Source: a virus (taxonomy: Duplodnaviria > Caudoviricetes). From it: a stretch of DNA of 64,000 bases. The number at the start of each line of letters is the position of its first letter. Positions within the stretch are counted from its first letter, which is position 1. The DNA lies in IMG/VR virus record IMGVR_UViG_3300021958_008980, positions 1 through 64,000 of that record; one strand, 5' to 3'. Both the position numbers and the translations under genes were made by a program. Shown here piece by piece: positions 18,354 to 26,613 of this stretch. The notes beneath the pieces were generated by a model that saw nothing but the letters and a program-made list of their open reading frames with translations, did no database searches and was not told where the DNA came from.

Positions 18354-18962
18354 ATGTTTAAAAACGTAGACAAATCAATGCTGATGAAATTGGTGTTACT
18401 ACATGTTGTGGTGATCACTGTTTCAAATGCGTTAGTGGCGATCCCAGTAGAGATACTTGGAGTCAAACTGACGTGGGCGGCATTCACATTCCCATTGGTC
18501 GTTATAGCCACTGACTTGACTGTAAGACTATTGGGCAAACACATAGCCAGAGCCACAATCGCGGCGGCGTATCCATTAGCAATAATCGGATCCATCGCAG
18601 TAGTGTTGGCGGAAGGCGCACCACAATCGGTTGCTTTAAGGATTGGCTTCGCAAGTGCCACTGCTTACGCTATCGGTACTTTACTTGACGTGTACGTATT
18701 CCAATACATAAGGGAATCAAAGACATACGGCAAGAACTGGTGGATGGCACCAGCGGTATCTACTATCGCGGCCAACATAATTGACACTTACACATTCTTT
18801 GCAGTTGCATTCAACAACAGCGCCGACGAGTACATGGCGGCGAACTGGGTTGAGATCGCGGGATCGCAGGTGGTGTTGAAAATCATAGTGGGACTGGTTG
18901 TGTTCTTACCAGCATACGGATTATTGCTGAACAGACTACAGAAGACCTACAAACTCAAATAA
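18354..18962 (+). CDS. yhhQ: queuosine-precursor (preQ0/preQ1) transporter, YhhQ/VUT family
   Basis: SNALV, TWAAFTFP...ATDLTVRLLG, RIGFASATAY, LLDVYVF, IDTYTFFAVAF. Confidence 0.9.
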   Translation: MFKNVDKSMLMKLVLLHVVVITVSNALVAIPVEILGVKLTWAAFTFPLVVIATDLTVRLLGKHIARATIAAAYPLAIIGSIAVVLAEGAPQSVALRIGFASATAYAIGTLLDVYVFQYIRESKTYGKNWWMAPAVSTIAANIIDTYTFFAVAFNNSADEYMAANWVEIAGSQVVLKIIVGLVVFLPAYGLLLNRLQKTYKLK

Positions 18963-18968
18963 TCTCTA

Positions 18969-18990
18969 GGGGGGAGTTTTTTCTCCCCCC
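18969..18990 (+). terminator. hairpin, probable intrinsic terminator after yhhQ
   Basis: GGGGGGAG-TTTTTT-CTCCCCCC perfect 8-bp stem followed by ATTTAT. Confidence 0.7.
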
Positions 18991-19003
18991 ATTTATAAGT
19001 CCT

Positions 19004-19009
19004 TAAATA
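19004..19009 (+). promoter_or_regulatory. putative late promoter core TAAATA
   Basis: TAAATA-N4-GTG(19014), directly after the terminator hairpin. Confidence 0.5.
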
Positions 19010-19013
19010 CTTT

Positions 19014-19742
19014 GTGATAAACAATCCACAAATACTTGTAGTGTATGAACCTGGCATGTATGGCACTTTCCTGTGCAGTCTTTTCATGATGCAAAAACTA
19101 TGGGGTGGTGCAGACTTGGACCAAGAATTCCCACCCTCCCCTATGTCAAGCGTAAATGCACACCATTCAGGATACAGAGACAAACTATCAAATTTCCATA
19201 CTAATCATCACATCGAAATACTATTAGAGAAAAATCATGACGAATTAAAAAAATTTTTCCTACCTTTGCAGGCAATCAAATTAGGAGTACACAGACTTGC
19301 GAGTTACAATTTTTTAAAATTAGATTATAAGAAATACTTCAATAACTTCACCATTCTATTGATCAAACCCAAGACACATAGGTTAGGTGCGTACATCCAA
19401 AGAATGGAAGAATCTACAACCAACGACTACGAAACACAATGGTGGTACAAGAATTTTAGGAAAAAAGACCTTGGAAAAATGCCAAAGTGGTTTTTGGAAA
19501 AATTAAGCATGAAAGAAAAACAGAAGTACATGGAAAAACATGTCAATATGGTTAATAATTATCTGGATAATGATCAGCAAAACATCATTGTCTTTGATCC
19601 TGACCAAATCGCTGGCCCAAACTTGTTACAGGAGATGGCCGATAAAGTTTGTGGATCTCTCGGAATAGATAATTTTAAAATACCTTCTGACAAGGTAAAA
19701 AAGTTTGTTGACAGGAATAGCAAATACTTTTCAACCGATTGA
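19014..19742 (+). CDS. AT-rich hypothetical protein, possibly P-loop sulfotransferase-like
   Basis: N-terminal LVVYEPGMYGTFL strand-loop-helix; GTG start. Confidence 0.55.
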   Translation: MINNPQILVVYEPGMYGTFLCSLFMMQKLWGGADLDQEFPPSPMSSVNAHHSGYRDKLSNFHTNHHIEILLEKNHDELKKFFLPLQAIKLGVHRLASYNFLKLDYKKYFNNFTILLIKPKTHRLGAYIQRMEESTTNDYETQWWYKNFRKKDLGKMPKWFLEKLSMKEKQKYMEKHVNMVNNYLDNDQQNIIVFDPDQIAGPNLLQEMADKVCGSLGIDNFKIPSDKVKKFVDRNSKYFSTD

Positions 19743-19768
19743 CATTTCATCTAAATACCGTATATAAT
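19739..19768 (+). promoter_or_regulatory. sigma70-type promoter with TAAATA inside the spacer
   Basis: TTGACA-N18-TATAAT; TAAATA at 19752-19757. Confidence 0.65.
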
Positions 19769-19789
19769 AAATGATAAGGAATTTACACA

Positions 19790-20185
19790 ATGGGAAACAA
19801 AACAGGTAAAATTTGGGGGGAAACAGAACTTATTCTAGCAAACAATTCGTTGGAATTTCACAGGATAGATTACAAGGCAGGCGGTGTCTGCTCCAAACAC
19901 AAACACGAATACAAGTGGAACGGTTTCTATGTGATGTCTGGAAGAATGAAAATCAAGGTATGGCAAAAAGACTACGATCTGATTGATGAAACTATACTTA
20001 ATCCAGGCGAATTCACAGCAGTCAAGCCTGGCCTATACCACACGTTCGAAGGTTTAGAGGACGGTGTTGCATTCGAACTGTATTGGGCAAATTTCTCACA
20101 CAACGACATACAGAGAGAATCTGTTGGGCATCTCAAGGATACCGACGGTAAAGTTGTAAGATTAGACAAGACCAAGAAAAAATAG
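19790..20185 (+). CDS. cupin-domain protein (sugar isomerase-like)
   Basis: CSKHKHEYKWNGFYVMSG and VKPGLYHTF cupin motifs. Confidence 0.8.
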   Translation: MGNKTGKIWGETELILANNSLEFHRIDYKAGGVCSKHKHEYKWNGFYVMSGRMKIKVWQKDYDLIDETILNPGEFTAVKPGLYHTFEGLEDGVAFELYWANFSHNDIQRESVGHLKDTDGKVVRLDKTKKK

Positions 20186-20186
20186 T

Positions 20187-21182
20187 ATGATCCCTATCAA
20201 AGGATACGCTACTTTTGATCCACTTAAACACTGCTGGATTGGATCTGCATTCCAAACAGAATGGTTCCGAGATCTCGACATCTACAAGAACAACAAGATA
20301 ATGGATCCGTTGAAACGTATAGCAGACGAAACAGAAGAGGATTATCAGACACTTGAAAAAATACTTAAGGACGCTGGTGTGCAAACATATAGAAGTTTCC
20401 TTGACATCAACAATGTAAAATCTTTAAAAAATATTTTCAGGCCGCCTGTAAATCCAAGAGATCATTTTGCAGTTGTCGGGGAAAAATTATATGCTGTATC
20501 ACATGGCGCTGAAGGCTATGCAGATGTGTTGAAACAGATAGACAGGAAAAACATAGACATCGTTACCACCGAAGGTGTAATATCGACAGCAACCATATGC
20601 CGGGTCGGCAAGGACCTATGGTGGGACATACATCCTGATACTACACAAGATATCATAGACAAATATGTAAACCTATGGACCAACGAAGGTTTTAGGGTTC
20701 ACACATCTCGAAAAGGATATCATATAGATAGTCTTTTCTGTGTTGTCAAGCCGGGCTGTATTGTGTCATTGAAGGAAACACAAGATTACAAGACCGAATT
20801 CCCAGGGTGGGACGTTTTATACCTGCCTGATCAGAGTTGGGCTAAGGTTAGTCCTTTTTTTACAATGAAAGAAAAGGTGGGAGGGCGTTGGTGGCTCAAA
20901 GGAGAGGAGCACAACGATCAATTGATCGAATTCGTAAACACATGGTTGAATGACTGGGTCGGTTACGTGGAGGAGACTGTGTTTGATGTAAACATGCTGT
21001 CCATAGACAAGGACACCATAATCTGTAACAACTACAACAAGGATGTGTTTGACCATTTCAAGAAGCACAGAGTCGAACCAATCATATTCAACTTCCGACA
21101 CAGGTACTTCTGGGATGGCGGCATACACTGCATCACACAGGACCTTTACAGAGAAGGCACACAGGAGGATTACTTTGGCTGA
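20187..21182 (+). CDS. amidinotransferase (pentein fold; Gly/inosamine-phosphate amidinotransferase-like)
   Basis: DPLK, PRD, HID, FDVNMLS, WDGGIHCITQD with catalytic Cys. Confidence 0.87.
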   Translation: MIPIKGYATFDPLKHCWIGSAFQTEWFRDLDIYKNNKIMDPLKRIADETEEDYQTLEKILKDAGVQTYRSFLDINNVKSLKNIFRPPVNPRDHFAVVGEKLYAVSHGAEGYADVLKQIDRKNIDIVTTEGVISTATICRVGKDLWWDIHPDTTQDIIDKYVNLWTNEGFRVHTSRKGYHIDSLFCVVKPGCIVSLKETQDYKTEFPGWDVLYLPDQSWAKVSPFFTMKEKVGGRWWLKGEEHNDQLIEFVNTWLNDWVGYVEETVFDVNMLSIDKDTIICNNYNKDVFDHFKKHRVEPIIFNFRHRYFWDGGIHCITQDLYREGTQEDYFG

Positions 21183-21603
21183 CATATATCACATTTGGGC
21201 AAACAAGAAACAAGGCATAAGTGATAATGATTTTGCTAATGGAATGAGACGATTCCTTAGACAACTCCAAGACGAAGGAAAGATGATTTCATTTAGGATC
21301 ACAAGGTGTAAATTAGGTTTCCGTTCCATACAGGATTTGCCCGAATGGCACATAATGATGGAGTTTCACAACATGGCGCAACTTGAGGAGGCATTTTCTA
21401 GAGTGGTTCCACAACAAGGAGAGTTGGAAGAGAAACACACTTCTTTCAACAAGTATGTTGAAAACGACATACAACACGCACTTTACCGAGACTGGCCTGA
21501 TACAGTGAACAAGTCAAAGTTGACAAAAACAAAAGAGTCATATACAATTAAGGAGTTAGCGGAGGCAACTAAAAACATAGATCCAACAATATGGAAAAAA
21601 TAA
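21175..21603 (+). CDS. DUF6614-like protein
   Basis: TTG start at 21175 behind AGGAGG; YHIWA...FRITRCKLGF...EWHIMMEF. Confidence 0.6.
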   Translation: MADIYHIWANKKQGISDNDFANGMRRFLRQLQDEGKMISFRITRCKLGFRSIQDLPEWHIMMEFHNMAQLEEAFSRVVPQQGELEEKHTSFNKYVENDIQHALYRDWPDTVNKSKLTKTKESYTIKELAEATKNIDPTIWKK

Positions 21604-22478
21604 GATATTCGGAAATATTTTACAGTGTACAGGGCGAGGGCAGATTCGTTGGTGTGCCTAGCGTGTTCTTCCGTGTGTTTGGTTGCAATTTCCACTGCCA
21701 CGGATTTGGACAAGGCAGAGACAGGAGCAAATGGTTGAAACCTGAGGAGATGCCATACGCTACCCAAGACCTTTCAGATGTTAAACACGTGAGCGAACTG
21801 CCAGTGGTAGAGATAGGTTGTGACGCTAGTGCAAGTTGGTCAAACAGATATAAACATCTAGTCAACTGGGATGATGTCAGCAAAATAGCAAAGGACGTGA
21901 CGGCGTACACTCCACAGAACAAATGGACTTGCGACAATGGACAGGATGTACACTTTATAATCACAGGTGGCGAACCTATGCTGTGGCAAAGAGAAACACA
22001 ACAACTGTTAAGGCAACCAGAATTCAATGACTTGAAAAACATCACGATAGAAACAAATTGCACACAACCATTCAAAGAAGGATTTGACAAATTCTTGCAT
22101 GGCTTGGTCAATGGTGACTACACAAAAGAACCAGTACACATCACTTGGTCGACATCACCAAAACTATCGATATCTGGAGAGGCATGGGACAAGGCCATAA
22201 GGCCGGATGTTGCTAAACAGTACGCATCTATTCCAAACACACACCTCTATTACAAATTTGTGGTGCAGGACGAACAGGACCTTGACGAAGTGAATAGGGC
22301 AAGAGATGAATATCACAAAGCGGGAGTAGACGCAGACATATGGTTAATGCCAATGGGCGCAACACAAGAGGGACAGGCTAAAACTGCCGGTCAGGTTGCA
22401 GAGATGGCGATGAAACACGGTTTCAAATATTCTCCGAGGCTACATGTTGATCTGTTCGGAAATAAATGGGGAACCTAA
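21591..22478 (+). CDS. queE: 7-carboxy-7-deazaguanine synthase (radical SAM)
   Basis: EIFYSVQGEG, FRVFGCNFHC...CD, ITGGEP, IETN, SPKL, PRLH. Confidence 0.9.
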   Translation: MEKIRYSEIFYSVQGEGRFVGVPSVFFRVFGCNFHCHGFGQGRDRSKWLKPEEMPYATQDLSDVKHVSELPVVEIGCDASASWSNRYKHLVNWDDVSKIAKDVTAYTPQNKWTCDNGQDVHFIITGGEPMLWQRETQQLLRQPEFNDLKNITIETNCTQPFKEGFDKFLHGLVNGDYTKEPVHITWSTSPKLSISGEAWDKAIRPDVAKQYASIPNTHLYYKFVVQDEQDLDEVNRARDEYHKAGVDADIWLMPMGATQEGQAKTAGQVAEMAMKHGFKYSPRLHVDLFGNKWGT

Positions 22479-22497
22479 TCAAAGTCATAATTAAAAA

Positions 22498-22506
22498 TGT
22501 TATAAT
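22498..22506 (+). promoter_or_regulatory. extended -10 promoter for tctA
   Basis: TGTTATAAT (TGn-TATAAT) about 50 nt upstream of ATG 22557. Confidence 0.5.
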
Positions 22507-22556
22507 GTTGTAACGCTCACAGGAAGTTCACAACACTAATCCCAAAAATCGATAGT

Positions 22557-23993
22557 ATGGAACTTGTTATACTCATGGCAGGTATTGTTTACGGCTTGAT
22601 CATTGGCCTAATACCTGCCGCGGGAGCAACAACAGGTCTAATCACACTATTTGGATTCATGCCCTACTTCGTGGGCGACCCCTACCTGGGCGTGATATTC
22701 TGTGTGGCAGTTGTGGCATCCTCGACAACCGGTGATTCATTCAGTGGTGTGCTGTTGGGCATACCCGGAGCCAACTCTGCGGCCGCGACAATGGTGGATG
22801 GATTTCCCATGGCCAAGAACGGAGAGGCCACACGGGCATTATCGGCCGCAATTACTTCATCAACCTTTAATGGACTGTTATGGGGATCACTGACATTTTT
22901 ATTCCTGCCATACTACACAAACGTTGTGATGTACATGGGCATACCCGAACTGTGGGCACTGGTGCTACTTGCATTTGTAACTGTTGGCTTTATATCTACT
23001 AGGAAATATGTAAGAAGCACACTGGCCATTGTGTTGGGAATCACAATAGGACTTGTAGGTGTTGATGTGAACAATGTGCCACGTTTCACAATGGGTTGGA
23101 GATACCTTGAGGACGGTGTTCAAATATTACCATTTGTGGCAGGACTATTCGCCATTCCAGAACTTTGGAACGGATGGTTCAACAGAAAGAAGACGACAAC
23201 TGTTAAAGCAGAACATGGCAGTTGGCAAGACATAACGCAAGGAGTCAAGGATACTGTCAGATGTTGGAAGGACAGCATCAGGGGAGGAGCCATAGGTTCT
23301 TTCATAGGATTGCTCCCGGGACTGGGCGGAGCAATGGCTGACTGGTTGGCCTATGGTGCCACAGTTGCCGCCAACCCCAAAGAGAAGTTTGGAGAAGGTA
23401 ATGTAAAAGGTATTGTTGGAGCGGAAGGAGCCAACAACGCACAGAAGGCCTCTTCATTTATCCCAACAGTTCTGTTTGGTATACCAGGCGCACCATTCGC
23501 CGCTATACTGATGGGATTATTTTTATACCTAGGCATCGACCTAGGATCTCCTGACACCTTTTATGACGACAAATTATTTGACAGCATGACCTACGCATTC
23601 TTGTTAGGAACATTTATTACCGCTGTCGTTTGTTATGGACTGGCTTATTTCGCAGGATGGGTGACACGTATTCCATATGTGTATTACTTTCCTTTCATAC
23701 TTGCTGTGATTGTTTGGGCAACTTTACAATACACAGGCGGATGGGAAGACCTTGCGGTACTTGTAGCGTTCTCCATATTGGGATTGCTATGTAAAAAATT
23801 CCAAGTCAGCAGGCCAGCACTGCTGATAGGGTACCTGTTGAGTGACAGGATTTACAACCTCACTTATCAACTAACAACGCTTCATTCGGTAAATGATTTG
23901 ATTACGAGACCACTCTTTATTTTTATCATGATCTGTGTTATACTTTTACTGTATTGGGGCATAACAAAAAGGAGTCGAATAGACTATGCTTAA
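22557..23993 (+). CDS. tctA: tripartite tricarboxylate transporter large membrane subunit
   Basis: GLIPAAG, LLGIPG...AATMVDGFPMAKNG, GLLPGLG, EGANNA, IPTVLFGIPG; many TM helices. Confidence 0.92.
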   Translation: MELVILMAGIVYGLIIGLIPAAGATTGLITLFGFMPYFVGDPYLGVIFCVAVVASSTTGDSFSGVLLGIPGANSAAATMVDGFPMAKNGEATRALSAAITSSTFNGLLWGSLTFLFLPYYTNVVMYMGIPELWALVLLAFVTVGFISTRKYVRSTLAIVLGITIGLVGVDVNNVPRFTMGWRYLEDGVQILPFVAGLFAIPELWNGWFNRKKTTTVKAEHGSWQDITQGVKDTVRCWKDSIRGGAIGSFIGLLPGLGGAMADWLAYGATVAANPKEKFGEGNVKGIVGAEGANNAQKASSFIPTVLFGIPGAPFAAILMGLFLYLGIDLGSPDTFYDDKLFDSMTYAFLLGTFITAVVCYGLAYFAGWVTRIPYVYYFPFILAVIVWATLQYTGGWEDLAVLVAFSILGLLCKKFQVSRPALLIGYLLSDRIYNLTYQLTTLHSVNDLITRPLFIFIMICVILLLYWGITKRSRIDYA

Positions 23994-25032
23994 GAAAACA
24001 ATAATAGCATTATTGCTAATGACAACAACGGCGTTGGCCGATTACAACTTGATCGTGCCACAGAAACCATCTGGTGGAACTTCTGTGTGGGCACAGATAG
24101 TTGTGGCGGAATGGGAGAAACATCTAGGTGAAAAAATTAACTTGATCTACAAGCCAGGTGCGAGAGACCAACTGGGACCAAACGAGTTCCAAAACAAACT
24201 GAGGTTCGACGACAAAACCATACTTGTATCACATGGTGGTAACGGTATATCATATCTTGTTGAGCCTGTTGATTACAATTATCTGGATTGGGAGTCAATT
24301 GGACAAATGAATCTAAACATCATTGTGGGTGCAAGGAACAAGGCAGACACAAAGAACGGTCCCATAAAGTTTCCCTCAGGCTCTGGTATGACACCGGAAG
24401 TGATGGCCATTGTCATGTTACTTGCAGGACCAGACAATGATCCTGTGAAAACATTTGAAGACAAAGTTGTATGGGTAAAGGGAATGAAAGGGTCCGAAAG
24501 AAGACTTGCTTTCATTAGAGGCGACTTGAATGCAACAAGGGAGAACCCTGCCGCATACAAGAAACACGTTTTACCTGTTATTGCAAAAGGTGATGCTTAC
24601 ACATGGTTCCATCATGGACTACTTGATGTCAGCACAGGCGAACACGGTGAGGATCCTAACTTCACTGAACCAACATTTGAGGCTTTGTACAAAGCAACAT
24701 ATGGAGTGGCACCAAGTGGCGACTTCTATAATGCATACAAACTTGTCAAGAGTTGGAGAGATGCACTTCAGAAAGCATTCTGGGTAAACAAAGGCAATCC
24801 AAACAGAGACAAACTGGTTGCCGCCTTGAACAAAATGATAAACGATCCAGAATCAGTTGCCGCTATCGAAAAGAAAGTGGGCAAGTATGAGTGGAGGACA
24901 GGAGCAGAAGGTGATGATGCAGTGAGAACACTGAAGTCGTTTATCACACCAGAAGCACTTAAAACTTTATCAGACTTCAAAAGCCAACAGTTAGGCTATA
25001 ACACAGTCTACAAAAAGGAACTTACTGAATAA
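23986..25032 (+). CDS. tctC: divergent TctC/Bug-like periplasmic substrate-binding protein
   Basis: Signal peptide (TALA|DY); LIVPQKPSGGTSVWAQ resembles the Bug IVP-x-x-x-GG-x-x-D motif; YKPGA; follows tctA. Confidence 0.75.
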   Translation: MLKKTIIALLLMTTTALADYNLIVPQKPSGGTSVWAQIVVAEWEKHLGEKINLIYKPGARDQLGPNEFQNKLRFDDKTILVSHGGNGISYLVEPVDYNYLDWESIGQMNLNIIVGARNKADTKNGPIKFPSGSGMTPEVMAIVMLLAGPDNDPVKTFEDKVVWVKGMKGSERRLAFIRGDLNATRENPAAYKKHVLPVIAKGDAYTWFHHGLLDVSTGEHGEDPNFTEPTFEALYKATYGVAPSGDFYNAYKLVKSWRDALQKAFWVNKGNPNRDKLVAALNKMINDPESVAAIEKKVGKYEWRTGAEGDDAVRTLKSFITPEALKTLSDFKSQQLGYNTVYKKELTE

Positions 25033-25601
25033 TGTATATCCTTCTCACTGGTGCACCGGGTTCAAAATGGAGTAGTGTGGCAGAAAGCCTAAGTCGTTCG
25101 CCAGACATAGACAAATCTGATAGCACCATTGAGAGGGCATACAACAACGGAGAGGTCAAGCACAAGGGATCATATTTTGATCCTGGAATGGAATTTGAAA
25201 ACGATCGGGAGAACTGGGACAAACCGTTCTCAGGCACAGGACATAGAATAATCAAATCACACACCTTCTCTCACAAACTAGAGGATTTAAAAAATTTATC
25301 ATATCCCATAATCATGGTCGTCAGAAGCAATTTAGAATGTTTTGACTGGTGGGTTCAGGCCGGCGGCTTTGACATAATGTATCCTAACTATTCTTACTAT
25401 GGAAATTTAGAAAAGATGAAGACACACATACAGAATCAAAACATAGATATCAACAGATTTATCCTAAACAACTTGAAAAGAATCACTTGTCCGATTGACA
25501 ATTTTGATCTTTGCAACACGTTAGAAATAAATCCACCAAGCAGGAGAGATATCATACATAACTACGCAGACAGAGATACCAAAGTATACGTATACAAATG
25601 A
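25032..25601 (+). CDS. P-loop/sulfotransferase-like protein
   Basis: ILLTGAPGSKWSS, IIKSH, IMVVR. Confidence 0.55.
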   Translation: MYILLTGAPGSKWSSVAESLSRSPDIDKSDSTIERAYNNGEVKHKGSYFDPGMEFENDRENWDKPFSGTGHRIIKSHTFSHKLEDLKNLSYPIIMVVRSNLECFDWWVQAGGFDIMYPNYSYYGNLEKMKTHIQNQNIDINRFILNNLKRITCPIDNFDLCNTLEINPPSRRDIIHNYADRDTKVYVYK

Positions 25602-26272
25602 ACAAAAAAATATTCGCACAACTACTCTCATACTCTCAAAACAATCTAAAAAAAATTACTCAGCCATATATAATGGAAACTTTTGGTGTCGCAGTGAAGC
25701 GTTGCGAAACACTTGAGGAATATAGTGATGTTATCGATGATGCTTGTCTGTCTAGATACTTTTCAAAATATTGGCACAATGACATGAAGAAATGGAAGTA
25801 CTCAGGACTTGCACTGATAGACGAAGTCAACAACATGAAACCACGTGCAGTGCTAGACGTAGGATGTGGCTACAACGAATTCAAAGGAAAAATTAAAAAT
25901 ATAATTGGAATAGATTCATATAACGATGCGGCCGACATAAAAATCAATGTGATGGATTACAGGACCAATCAAAAGTTTGACGTGATATTGTGTTTGGGTT
26001 CTGTAAACTTTGGTAATCAGGACAAGATTACGGCTGAGGTAGGCAGGTGTGTCAATCTGTTGGCAAAAGGCGGTACAATGTTCTTTAGGGTAAATCCAGG
26101 GTTACAACACGATAAACCAGAAGCGAAATGGATTGAATTTTTTGGTTGGAATGTGCCATTCATAATAAAACTGGCCGAAATGTATGATCTGGATATTTTA
26201 GATATCAGGGACGACACCAACCAAAGAAAATACTTTGTGCTTAGAAAGAAGTTGACTGATTTGGAAAAATAA
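25598..26272 (+). CDS. class I SAM-dependent methyltransferase
   Basis: VLDVGCG, GID, FDVILCLGS, LLAKGG. Confidence 0.85.
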   Translation: MNKKIFAQLLSYSQNNLKKITQPYIMETFGVAVKRCETLEEYSDVIDDACLSRYFSKYWHNDMKKWKYSGLALIDEVNNMKPRAVLDVGCGYNEFKGKIKNIIGIDSYNDAADIKINVMDYRTNQKFDVILCLGSVNFGNQDKITAEVGRCVNLLAKGGTMFFRVNPGLQHDKPEAKWIEFFGWNVPFIIKLAEMYDLDILDIRDDTNQRKYFVLRKKLTDLEK

Positions 26273-26280
26273 AGTAAAAT
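26252..26280 (+). promoter_or_regulatory. sigma70-type promoter, probably leaderless
   Basis: TTGACT-N17-TAAAAT-N6-ATG(26287). Confidence 0.75.
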
Positions 26281-26286
26281 ATACAT

Positions 26287-26613
26287 ATGAAAGTGAAAAA
26301 AACAGCAAAAACAACTATTAAGAAAAACAACAAAAAAGGTTCAAAGAAAAGCGAAGAGCCAATGGTAAAAGTTCTCAACTTGAATGTGAACCCAGAAAAT
26401 CCTAGGAACGGATTTTTTGAATTGGACTGGAATGACGAATTTGTAAACATGTTGCAACAATCTGGATATCAAGGTCAAAGCGAAGAAGAGATTGTTGACA
26501 GATGGTTCCAAACACTTTGTAGAACTATCGGAAACGAGCAAGGCATAGACGTCACTGGATCTGGATATGTACAGATCAACAGAAGAGATGACGGTAAGAC
26601 AGAGGTGTCATAA
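26287..26613 (+). CDS. hypothetical protein with Lys-rich N-terminus
   Basis: 108 aa; GFFELDWNDEFV...IVDRWF. Confidence 0.75.
   Translation: MKVKKTAKTTIKKNNKKGSKKSEEPMVKVLNLNVNPENPRNGFFELDWNDEFVNMLQQSGYQGQSEEEIVDRWFQTLCRTIGNEQGIDVTGSGYVQINRRDDGKTEVS

Noticed and set aside
22507-22535. Possible structured RNA (GTTGT...ACAAC stem) in the tctA leader
   Set aside because: Only a short bulged stem. The CTTCCTG reminiscent of SAM-SAH riboswitches is on the antisense strand and lacks the rest of the consensus.
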